Assembly: GCA_050305995.1 (NCBI GenBank)
Contig: JBNLGJ010000066.1
Coordinates: forward strand, 3,036 to 67,035
DNA: 64,000 bases
Direction of reading: 5' to 3'
Origin: Cellvibrio sp.
GTDB lineage: Bacteria > Pseudomonadota > Gammaproteobacteria > Pseudomonadales > Cellvibrionaceae
Shown: piece by piece, positions 1 through 8,921 of the stretch
Layout: the number at the start of each line of letters is the position of its first letter
How positions within the stretch are numbered: position 1 is the first letter of the stretch
Notes under the pieces: model-generated
Database searches by the model: none
What the model saw: only the letters and a program-made list of their open reading frames with translations
What the model was told of the DNA's origin: nothing
Made by a program: the position numbers and the translations under genes

Positions 1-2
1 TC

Positions 3-1961
3 AGCAGCAAAACTCACCCGCTGTTGTCGCCACTGGTGCCGCAATTGCGCGACCTGATTAAAGAGTACCAGGTGGCCGGTAAGGGCAGGGTGCGGGTAGA
101 GTTTGTCGACCCAGTGACCTCGCCCGAGTTGGAGAAAGAAGCCAATCAAAAATACGCGATTAAACCTGTCCCCTTCCAGGTACAGGATCGCTACCAGGCG
201 TCATTGGTTAACTCCTATTTTAATGTGTTGGTGCAATATGGCGATGAGTTCCAGGTGCTCGGCTTTCGCGATCTGATTGAGGTGAAAAATCAGGGGGTGA
301 GCAATGTGGATGTGAAGCTGCGCAATCCCGAGCACGACCTTACAAGTGCCATCAAAAAAGTGCTGCACGCCTATCAAGCCGGCGGCAATTTATTTGACAC
401 CGTCAAGGGCGACCTCAGCTTTAATGCCTACATCAGCGATAGCCTGGTGTTGCCACATCAGCTGCAGGATTTCCGCAAAATTGTTGAGCAGCAAAGCAAA
501 GCCCTGCAGGAAAAATCCCACGGCCATCTAAGCGTTAATTTTGCTGATCCTGATGCTGAGGGTGGCAAGCTGGGCAAGCAGATTGGCAAAGAGTATGGCT
601 TCCAGCCTATGGCTACCAGTTTGCTCAGTAACGAACGCTTTTATTTTTACATGACCCTCTCCCAGGGCAAGCAGGTGGTGCAGATTCCTCTGGATGATAT
701 GACCCAGGCGAGCTTTGAGCGCAACCTCAATGCGGCGGTAAAACGCTTTGCCAGCGGCTTTACTAAAACGGTTGCGATGGTTACCCCGGAGCAGGGCTAC
801 AGCCCTTATGGCGGCGCTACTGGTCCGCAATTTGGTAATCTGCAGCAATTTTTGGGCTCCGATTTAAATCTGGTGCATGAAGATTTAAACAATGGTCGTG
901 TCTCTGGTCAGGCCGATATTTTATTGCTCGCCGCGCCCAATAACCTCAGCCAAAAGCAGCTGTTTGCTGTCGACCAATTTTTAATGCAGGGCGGCACTGT
1001 CGTGCTGGCTACTTCGCCCTATCAGGCGAGCTTGACGCAAACCAGTTTGAGTTTGCAAAAGCACAACTCGGGTTTAGCTGACTGGTTAAAACATAATGGC
1101 CTGAGGCTAGAGGACAAGGTGGTGATGGATCGTCAGAATGTGCCTTTCCCGGTGCCGGTGGAGCGCAATCTGGGGGGCTACAGTGTGCAGGAAATGCGCA
1201 TGCTGGATTACCCTTATTTTGTCGACGTGCGCAATCAGGGGTTAAACAGCAACAATCCCATCACCGCCAATTTGCCGCAATTGACTATGGCCTGGGCTTC
1301 ACCCATTGCATTGGATACAAAAGCTCAGGCTGGGCGCCAAATTACCGAGCTGCTGCACTCTTCGCCCAAGTCCTGGCTATCGAGCAGTTTAAACGTGATG
1401 CCCCAGGTGGACAGTCGTGGCGTGGCACCCTATCAAGCCGAGGGCGAACAACAGCCTTATCTGCTGGGGGTTATCAGCCAGGGTAAGTTTGATTCCTACT
1501 TTGCGGGTAAACCATCGCCACTGCTGGCTGCAGCCGAAGATGATAAAGCGGAAAAAACTGCTGGGGATAAATCAGCCGCTGCGGACAAGCAAACTGTTAG
1601 CGGCATCATCGAACACTCGCCTGCGAGTGCGCGCATTATTTTGTTCAGCTCCAACGATTTCCTTAGCGATCCGGTGATCAGTATGGCCGGTGCCGCCAGC
1701 GGCGGGCAAAATCTGGGTGGTTTGCAGTTGATGGCCAACACCCTGGATTGGGCGCTGGAAGACGCTGGTTTATTGAGCATTCGCTCGCGCAGCAACTTCA
1801 ACCGCACACTGCCCACCATGGAGCCCGGCAGACAAATGTTTTGGGAGTACCTCAACTACGGCCTGGCGCTGCTTGCACTCTTGTTAGTGGCATTTATTCA
1901 GCGCGGCTTTAAAGGCGCTCGCACGCGCCGCTATCAGGCCTGGATGGCGCAAGCCATTTAA
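3..1961 (+). CDS. GldG-like ABC-transporter auxiliary protein (5'-partial; frame open from the window edge)
   Basis: Motifs DLIKEY, VEFVDP, DQFLMQGG, LFSSNDF and LMANTLDWALED-GLLSIRSR plus one C-terminal TM helix; a DUF4340-type gene follows, as is typical. Confidence 0.8.
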   Translation, partial: SSKTHPLLSPLVPQLRDLIKEYQVAGKGRVRVEFVDPVTSPELEKEANQKYAIKPVPFQVQDRYQASLVNSYFNVLVQYGDEFQVLGFRDLIEVKNQGVSNVDVKLRNPEHDLTSAIKKVLHAYQAGGNLFDTVKGDLSFNAYISDSLVLPHQLQDFRKIVEQQSKALQEKSHGHLSVNFADPDAEGGKLGKQIGKEYGFQPMATSLLSNERFYFYMTLSQGKQVVQIPLDDMTQASFERNLNAAVKRFASGFTKTVAMVTPEQGYSPYGGATGPQFGNLQQFLGSDLNLVHEDLNNGRVSGQADILLLAAPNNLSQKQLFAVDQFLMQGGTVVLATSPYQASLTQTSLSLQKHNSGLADWLKHNGLRLEDKVVMDRQNVPFPVPVERNLGGYSVQEMRMLDYPYFVDVRNQGLNSNNPITANLPQLTMAWASPIALDTKAQAGRQITELLHSSPKSWLSSSLNVMPQVDSRGVAPYQAEGEQQPYLLGVISQGKFDSYFAGKPSPLLAAAEDDKAEKTAGDKSAAADKQTVSGIIEHSPASARIILFSSNDFLSDPVISMAGAASGGQNLGGLQLMANTLDWALEDAGLLSIRSRSNFNRTLPTMEPGRQMFWEYLNYGLALLALLLVAFIQRGFKGARTRRYQAWMAQAI

Positions 1962-1988
1962 TTGCGAGTTATTTGAGGAGCTTAAATT

Positions 1989-3056
1989 ATGAAAACCTGG
2001 CAACAAAAATTGAGCCTGTTACTGGCGCTACAGCTACTTCTGGTGGCTGGCGTATTTGTACTCAATAAAAATGCGCTGCCCAGTCGCGCAGCGCAACCAC
2101 TGATGGCGGAATCCAGCAGCGCCTTAGATAAGTTGGTGTTCAGCGATGCTAATAGCAGCGTCACACTTAACAAAAAAGCTGGCAGCTGGCAGTTGGCGGA
2201 TTTGTACCAACTGCCTGCCGAGCAGAGTAAAGTGGCGCAGGTGCTGGCGGAGCTTGGTGATACCAAGCTCACCTGGCCAGTGGCCACCACCGCCAACAGT
2301 CACTCGCGTTTTGAGGTCGACAACAAAAAATTTCAGCGACACATTCAAGCCTATAAGGGCGATAAGTTGGTTGCTGATATTTATTTGGGATCTTCACCCG
2401 GTTTCAAAAAAATTCATTTGCGCCGCGCCAGCGATGAGGATGTCTATGTGGCAGAGCTGAGCCAATATGACTTTGCCGTTAAAGCTAGCGACTGGCTGTC
2501 TAAAGATCTGCTTAAGGCCTCAGATATTACTCAGGTGAGTGGTGCCGACTTCACTCTTGAGCGTAGCAGTGCTAACAAGGAGGCAGGACAAAAGGCGGGA
2601 CAAAAGGCAGGTGATAGCTGGAGTTTTACCAAGCTTGATTTGGCGGAGGGGCAAGTCGCCCCCCAGGTGGATGCGAGCAAGGCGCAAGCACTGCTGGGTG
2701 ATTTTGCCGCGATTAATGTGCTGGATGCGGTAAAAAAACCACCTCAAGGGCAAAGCCTGAGTTTTAGTGTGATTTCACCCCAGGGCAATTGGCAGTACGA
2801 ATTTGTCAAAGCGGATAAGAATTACTACCTAAAGCGCAGCGATCGCGACATCTACTTTAAAATTAATCAGTCCGATTACGATAAATTCGCCCGACAAAAC
2901 CTGGCGGAGTTGAGTGCTCGGGCGGCAGAGGTCTCAACCAGTGAGGCTGATGCAAAGGATAAAGGTCAGGCGGTGCCAAATGCCAAGTTGGCCCCGGTTG
3001 CCAAGCCCTCGGTGGCTAAACTCACCAGTCAGTCAGCAACGCCTGGAGCGAATTAG
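1989..3056 (+). CDS. DUF4340 domain-containing protein
   Basis: N-terminal membrane anchor, YLGSSPGFKK-HLR and DW..K.LL motifs, position downstream of the GldG-like gene, RBS GAGGAG. Confidence 0.7.
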   Translation: MKTWQQKLSLLLALQLLLVAGVFVLNKNALPSRAAQPLMAESSSALDKLVFSDANSSVTLNKKAGSWQLADLYQLPAEQSKVAQVLAELGDTKLTWPVATTANSHSRFEVDNKKFQRHIQAYKGDKLVADIYLGSSPGFKKIHLRRASDEDVYVAELSQYDFAVKASDWLSKDLLKASDITQVSGADFTLERSSANKEAGQKAGQKAGDSWSFTKLDLAEGQVAPQVDASKAQALLGDFAAINVLDAVKKPPQGQSLSFSVISPQGNWQYEFVKADKNYYLKRSDRDIYFKINQSDYDKFARQNLAELSARAAEVSTSEADAKDKGQAVPNAKLAPVAKPSVAKLTSQSATPGAN

Positions 3057-3090
3057 TCGGCCCTGAGTCTTTTTCATTCATCAACATTAC

Positions 3091-3112
3091 GCCTGGCTGT
3101 AGCTGGGCTTTT
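3091..3112 (+). terminator. Possible intrinsic terminator
   Basis: GCCTGGC-tgta-GCTGGGC stem (two G-U pairs) followed by TTTT, 35 nt after the stop. Confidence 0.4.
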
Positions 3113-3306
3113 GGGGCGCCTCTGCTGACCAAAACCTCGGCCGATTGCCGTTTAAATCACCCAAATAGCGCGCCCTTACTGGGTGCGCTTCCCCCATTTT
3201 GTGCAATAGCTAACCCCCTGCAAGTGACTGGATAGCAAATAAGCAGGTTGGTAACCGCCAGTGTTTATGCCCACTGGAGTCCCTTACCAAGTAGTCATGC
3301 ACAGAG

Positions 3307-3329
3307 TTATTCACAGCTTCTGTGGATAA
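3307..3329. promoter_or_regulatory. Pair of DnaA-box-like 9-mers
   Basis: TTATTCACA (3307-3315; one mismatch to TTATCCACA) and TGTGGATAA (3321-3329; perfect on the minus strand), 5 bp apart and inverted. Confidence 0.45.
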
Positions 3330-3865
3330 CGAATTAGGGCACAGTTTTCCGGGCCGTGAATTGCGTGTTTTATTTCGGCGGCTGCAGGGCTTGATGGTTG
3401 AATGTCATCATGCCGAAATTGCCTGGGTGCTTGCGACTGCTGATCCACACTGCTGATCCAATAAGAGAATATCTACGAAAAGATAGGCCGATGGACCGAA
3501 TGTGGCGGCGAGCCAGCAAAGGCACAGTATTTGCTCCAGCCTAGGTAGGCGCAGGTTTGACGAGGCTGTGGCGACGGGGTTGCCATGGGCTTTGGCGCTT
3601 GTACCTTAGGGAGGAAACCTGCGCAGCCGTTTTTGCGCGAAAACGGCAGTGTATATGTGCATTTTTTGAGGGCGAGCGCTCTGATTTTGGGCGATTTCCG
3701 CCTGGGATAAGCCTGGGTATTTTGTCGCCAAATGAGAATTCTTACCCATTATTGGGCGCAATGACGTAAAATGCCGCGATTTTTTTGTGAGCCTTTTGGC
3801 TATTGGCCCCAATATGGGCTAGCCAAAGCGCTCGGAGTGTACCTCGACTTGTTTGGAGAGACCTG

Positions 3866-6481
3866 ATGCTAATGTTGCCTGATACCCTGCGCGATAACGT
3901 CCGCCTGTTGGGAGAGCTGCTGGGTGAGACAATTCACGCTCACGAAGGCGCCGACCTGTTTGATAAAGTCGAATCGATTCGCCGGGTTGGCAAGGCCATT
4001 AATAAGGCAGAAAACGGTGATTCCGCGCCTTTGGTGGCTATGCTGAGCAGCCTGGAAGACAAAGATATCCTCCCCATAGTGCGCGCCTTTAACCAGTTTT
4101 TGAACCTGGCCAATATTGCCGATCAAGAATACTTTTCCAGCGCCGAAGCGGAAACTGAAGACAGCCTGCAGCAGCTGTTACAGCAGTTGTCAGAAGACAA
4201 GGGTAAAGAGGCCCTGGCTGAAGTTATTGGCAAGCTGCGCATTGAACTGGTGCTTACCGCCCACCCAACTGAAGTTACTCGCCGCACCCTGATCCGCAAG
4301 TACGATCAAATTGTCGACACTCTGGAAGATCGCCAGAATCCGCGTTTGCTCAGTTTTGAAAAAGACAAAACCCGCGGCCGCTTGCACCGTTTGGTGGAAG
4401 AGATCTGGAGTACCGACGAAATTCGCTCGGTGCGCCCAACGGCAGTGGATGAAGCCAAATGGGGTTTTGCGGTTATTGAAAACAGCCTCTGGCAGGCCGT
4501 GCCAGACTTTATTCGCCATTTGGATCGCATGTGCTCACGCTACCTCGGGCAGCACCTGCCCAACGATCTGCGTCCCTTCAAGTTTTACTCCTGGATGGGC
4601 GGCGACCGCGACGGCAACCCCAATGTAACTCACAAAATTACCCGTGAAGTGCTGTTGCTGGGCCGCTGGATGGCTGCAGAGCTCTACTCGCGCGATGTTT
4701 ACAGCCTGGGTGGTGACCTGAGTATGAGTGAGGCCAACGAGGAGTTGCTTGCGCTCTATCCAGAGTCGGTAACCCCTTACCGCGATGCCATGTACGACTT
4801 GCGCAAGCGCATCCAGTCCACTCTGGAGTGGGCCGAGGCTCGCTTGCAAGGCCGCAATATGGAAGCGCCGGCGGATTTGATTGTCAGCCGTGAAGATCTA
4901 TTGGCGCCACTCAATCTCTGCTTTAAATCGCTGCAGGATGTGGATTTGCCCCATATTGCCAACGGCCCGCTGTTAGACACTATTCGCCGTATTCACTGCT
5001 TTGGTATTAACCTGGTGCCGCTGGATGTGCGTCAGGATGGCGATCGCCATGTGCAGGCCATTGACGAGCTGGTGCAGTATTTGGGTTTGGGTAACTACCG
5101 CGACTGGACCGAAGAGCAGCGCCAGGAGTTCCTGATTGAACAACTGGACAGCAAACGCCCGCTGCTGCCCGCCTGTTGGCCGATGAGCGATGACACCGCC
5201 GAGGTGCTTGCTACCTGTAAAGTGATTGCGCAAGAACCACGCGAAATCCTCTCGCACTACATTATTTCCATGGCACAGCAGCCATCTGATGTATTGGCGG
5301 TGGCGCTGCTGCTGAAAGAGTGCGGCATGACTTGGAACATGCCTATTGTTCCACTGTTTGAAACTCTGGATGATCTGGATCGCGCGCCTATAGTGATGGA
5401 TCGCCTCTGGAGCTTGAACTGGTATCAAAAATACTCTAGCCACCAGCAAACCATCATGATCGGCTATTCCGACTCGGCTAAAGATGCCGGCAAGCTGTCG
5501 GCAACCTGGGCGCAGTACAAGGCGCAGGAGAAACTGGTAGCTCTGTCTGATAAGTACGGCGTATCTATGGTGCTTTTCCATGGTCGCGGCGGCACTGTTG
5601 GTCGTGGCGGTGGCCCGGTAGAAAAAGCCATGGCTTCTCAGCCTCCCGGTTCAGTAAAAGGTCGGATTCGTGTAACTGAACAGGGCGAGATGATTCGCTA
5701 CAAGTTTGGTCTGCCGCGTGTGGCTTTCAAAAATCTTTCTTCTTATTTAGTGGCGACGCTGCGCGCAACTGTAGCACCTAACGAAAGTGCGAAGCCTGAG
5801 TGGCGCGACCTGATTGAGCGCATGGGTAAGGCAAGCCTGGAGGGCTACCGCAGTGTGGTTCGCGGTCATCCAGACTTCGTCCCTTATTTCCGCAATCTGA
5901 CGCCTGAGCAGGAGTTAAGCCTGCTGGCTTTGGGTAGCCGCCCCGCCAAGCGCAAGTCGACCGGTGGTGTAGAGAGCCTTCGGGCAATTCCCTGGGTTTT
6001 TGCTTGGACCCAGGTGCGTCTTAACCTTCCTGCTTGGTTGGGTACTCGTCAAGCGCTGGAGTATGCGCTTAACAATGATCCCGAAACCCTGGCCGATATG
6101 ATGGCCAATTGGCCCTTCTTCTCCAGCTATATCGACCTGTTGGAAATGGTAATCGGAAAGGCCGATGGTCCCATTTGTACCTATTACGAGCAGCAGTTGG
6201 TGCCAGCGGAATATCGCGGCCTGGGTGAGCAGCTTAGGGGCGATTTGGCGGCGTTGGAGCAGCTGCTGAATCAAGTTAAAAATCAGGATGCGCTGCTGAC
6301 GGATGATCCTGTGTTGCGCCAATCTCTGGAGGTGCGCAAGCCTTATGTAGATCCGCTTAACTACCTCCAGGCGGAGCTGCTCAAACGCTATCGCAGTAGC
6401 GAGGAAATCAGCCCGGATTTGGAGCGAGCGCTCAAAGTTACTATGGCGGGTATAGCGGCTGGTATGCGCAATACGGGTTAA
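3866..6481 (+). CDS. ppc: Phosphoenolpyruvate carboxylase
   Basis: Signatures VLTAHPTE, SWMGGDRDGNP, IMIGYSDSAKDAG, FHGRGGTVGRGG, LRAIPWVFAWTQ and the GIAAGMRNTG C-terminus; GGAGAG RBS before ATG 3866. Confidence 0.98.
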   Translation: MLMLPDTLRDNVRLLGELLGETIHAHEGADLFDKVESIRRVGKAINKAENGDSAPLVAMLSSLEDKDILPIVRAFNQFLNLANIADQEYFSSAEAETEDSLQQLLQQLSEDKGKEALAEVIGKLRIELVLTAHPTEVTRRTLIRKYDQIVDTLEDRQNPRLLSFEKDKTRGRLHRLVEEIWSTDEIRSVRPTAVDEAKWGFAVIENSLWQAVPDFIRHLDRMCSRYLGQHLPNDLRPFKFYSWMGGDRDGNPNVTHKITREVLLLGRWMAAELYSRDVYSLGGDLSMSEANEELLALYPESVTPYRDAMYDLRKRIQSTLEWAEARLQGRNMEAPADLIVSREDLLAPLNLCFKSLQDVDLPHIANGPLLDTIRRIHCFGINLVPLDVRQDGDRHVQAIDELVQYLGLGNYRDWTEEQRQEFLIEQLDSKRPLLPACWPMSDDTAEVLATCKVIAQEPREILSHYIISMAQQPSDVLAVALLLKECGMTWNMPIVPLFETLDDLDRAPIVMDRLWSLNWYQKYSSHQQTIMIGYSDSAKDAGKLSATWAQYKAQEKLVALSDKYGVSMVLFHGRGGTVGRGGGPVEKAMASQPPGSVKGRIRVTEQGEMIRYKFGLPRVAFKNLSSYLVATLRATVAPNESAKPEWRDLIERMGKASLEGYRSVVRGHPDFVPYFRNLTPEQELSLLALGSRPAKRKSTGGVESLRAIPWVFAWTQVRLNLPAWLGTRQALEYALNNDPETLADMMANWPFFSSYIDLLEMVIGKADGPICTYYEQQLVPAEYRGLGEQLRGDLAALEQLLNQVKNQDALLTDDPVLRQSLEVRKPYVDPLNYLQAELLKRYRSSEEISPDLERALKVTMAGIAAGMRNTG

Positions 6482-6516
6482 TCCCGAGTGAATCCAGTCA
6501 TACACTGAGTTCCTGT

Positions 6517-6547
6517 AAAAAATCCGGCCTAGCGCCGGATTTTTTTT
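6517..6547 (+). terminator. Intrinsic (bidirectional-looking) terminator after ppc
   Basis: AAAAAATCCGGC-ctagc-GCCGGATTTTTTTT. Confidence 0.85.
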
Positions 6548-6720
6548 GCTTGCAATTCCTCAACCCCTGGCGCGGGCAGCAGCTGGCGGGTGAGTGTGTG
6601 GAAGTTCGCATTTATGTTGGGCTTTTGAGTGGTGATTCGCACTACTGTTGTAATCGTATACATGATGCCATGGCAAGTGTTTATGATTAGAAGTTCTACT
6701 TGATCATAAGAGATAGAACC

Positions 6721-8901
6721 ATGTTGTACATCAACCGTAGCTGTTTATTCGTTCTGTGCTTGGCTCTTCTGTCTGCTTGCGGCGGCGGAGCCGGGAACTC
6801 TGGTTCGCAGGTAAAGGCTAGCGATCACAAGATCGGGGCCTTCACCTTGAAAGCCTGGGTCGGTGAAGCGGATACCTCTGTGAAAACGATCACCAGCAGC
6901 GATGGGGTTGAACTTTATCGAACCACGGACGCCAACTGCGATCTGGCCAAGTACGCGACTTGTACCAACGGCCAGATGGATATCCTCAAAGGAGTCGATC
7001 TGACCGACACCGCCTTCCTGCTCAACCAGCCCGCGCACTACACCCTGAAAGCCGGTAAGGATCAAGTGTTGTTTCCGGTCAGTGCACAGCATTTTCAACC
7101 CCGGGCCGATCATGAGGTTATCGCCTTCAAGGGCAAGCTGTGGGTATTCGGCGGCGTCAATGGTAGCGGTCGCAACATGGAAATCTGGTCGTCGATTGAC
7201 GGCAAGGCCTGGGTGCTGGAAAACCCCTATGGCTCTTTCGAGCGGCGCCAGAACCAGAAGGTCGTCGAATACAAGGGCAAGCTGTGGATGTTCGGCGGTG
7301 CATTGGGGACGGGTTTCTCTGCAACGATTTATTCATCCGAGGACGGTATCAACTGGGATTACGAAGGGTTCAATAGCGTCGTGGCGAGAGTCGGTCACGA
7401 GGTGGTCGTCTATCACGACAAGCTTTGGTTGATCGGTGGGCATACCCGGTGGGTTTGGCGTGGGCAGCCAGATCTTAATTTTTTTGAAAACGATGTCTGG
7501 ACCTCGGTGGACGGCGTTACTTGGGACAAAGTTGCAGTTTCCCAGTCGTTCACTGCCCGAAGCCAATTCGGCCTTGCCGTGTTCAACGACAAAATGTGGG
7601 TTGTCGGCGGCCTGACCAGTGAGGGCGAAGTCGCTGATGTCTGGTCCTCCAGCGATGGCGCTAACTGGACCCAATCCGCCGCTACCGGATTCGCGGGACG
7701 GATGGAGCACCAGCTGACGGTTTTTGACAACAAACTCTGGATAACCGGTGGTCGCAGCCGTGATTCCAACTCCAGCGTCAGCGCGCCTGTCTATTTTTCG
7801 GCCGATGGCGAGACCTGGACCCAGGCCCCCGTCTCCAACGCGACCAAACGCTATGCCCATGAGGCGGTAGCCTGGAACAACGAGCTATGGATAATCGGCG
7901 GTTACGCTGCCATTGACGCTAATGACAACGTCACCGAACCCCTTGACGATGTCTGGCACTCGAAAAATGGCAGCGATTGGGCGCGCGCGGATTCCAGCAT
8001 CGATGTCATAGAGCCGATGAACGAACATCAAATGGTCGAGTTCAACGGAAAACTGTGGATCATTGGCGAGGGCAGCGATTTAGGCAACAAGGCATCTGGC
8101 ATCTGGTATTCGGAAGACGGAATTGAGTGGACCGCCGCCCAATCCGATACCAATTTCTCCGAGCTTCACGGCCATCAGGCGGTCGTCTTCAACAATAAGC
8201 TTTGGGTGATCGCTGGCGAGGATAGCGACTACCAAAGCACCATCTGGTCATCGTCCGACGGTATCACCTGGACAATGGAGACAATCAACCCCGGTTTCTC
8301 CCCGCGCAAAGATCATCAGGTCACTGAGTTCAAAGGAGCGCTATGGCTGACCGGTGGCCAAAAAGACTCTACCCCCTATGACGACATTTGGACATCCACG
8401 GATGGTATTAGCTGGTCCGAAGTTACCACAGGCACTCACTTTGGCGGGCGCTATCTCCATCAGGTATTTGCGGATGACGGCAAGCTGTGGGTGATGGGGG
8501 GCGATTCGGGCGAGGGGCTGTGGGATGACGTCTGGTTTTCCGAAGATGGAATGGAATGGACTAAGTTGGGCGGTCGCTGGCCTTATTTCAAACGTAAGGG
8601 GCACCAAATGGTTGTTTTCAACGGCAAGGTTTGGATGGTGGGCGGTTACGACGAGTTTGGCAATTACCTCAATGACGTATGGTCGGTCACGCCTGGCTCG
8701 GATTGGACCCAGGTTACCAGCGCTGCCCCCTTCAGCGGTCGTCAAGGCCATCAACTGGTCGCCTTTGGCAACCACCTGGTACTCAGCGGTGGCCGCACCG
8801 CCAACCAGCGTGGTCTGACCGATGTCTGGCGGACATCCAATGGTTTGGATTGGCAAAGAGCTTACCTTAGAACGGTGAATGTGGACTGCTGTGGTAAGTA
8901 A
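6721..8901 (+). CDS. Lipoprotein with 12 Kelch-like/Asp-box repeats (probable double beta-propeller)
   Basis: Lipobox LSAC; 12 repeats of about 48 aa of the form R..H.....NGKLW..GG.....DVW.S.DG..W. Confidence 0.8.
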   Translation: MLYINRSCLFVLCLALLSACGGGAGNSGSQVKASDHKIGAFTLKAWVGEADTSVKTITSSDGVELYRTTDANCDLAKYATCTNGQMDILKGVDLTDTAFLLNQPAHYTLKAGKDQVLFPVSAQHFQPRADHEVIAFKGKLWVFGGVNGSGRNMEIWSSIDGKAWVLENPYGSFERRQNQKVVEYKGKLWMFGGALGTGFSATIYSSEDGINWDYEGFNSVVARVGHEVVVYHDKLWLIGGHTRWVWRGQPDLNFFENDVWTSVDGVTWDKVAVSQSFTARSQFGLAVFNDKMWVVGGLTSEGEVADVWSSSDGANWTQSAATGFAGRMEHQLTVFDNKLWITGGRSRDSNSSVSAPVYFSADGETWTQAPVSNATKRYAHEAVAWNNELWIIGGYAAIDANDNVTEPLDDVWHSKNGSDWARADSSIDVIEPMNEHQMVEFNGKLWIIGEGSDLGNKASGIWYSEDGIEWTAAQSDTNFSELHGHQAVVFNNKLWVIAGEDSDYQSTIWSSSDGITWTMETINPGFSPRKDHQVTEFKGALWLTGGQKDSTPYDDIWTSTDGISWSEVTTGTHFGGRYLHQVFADDGKLWVMGGDSGEGLWDDVWFSEDGMEWTKLGGRWPYFKRKGHQMVVFNGKVWMVGGYDEFGNYLNDVWSVTPGSDWTQVTSAAPFSGRQGHQLVAFGNHLVLSGGRTANQRGLTDVWRTSNGLDWQRAYLRTVNVDCCGK

Positions 8902-8921
8902 CTACTTTTGAGGATTTTATA

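Noticed and set aside
2581-2611. 12-bp in-frame repeat (AGQK x2-3)
   Set aside because: Trivial low-complexity loop expansion within the DUF4340 gene.
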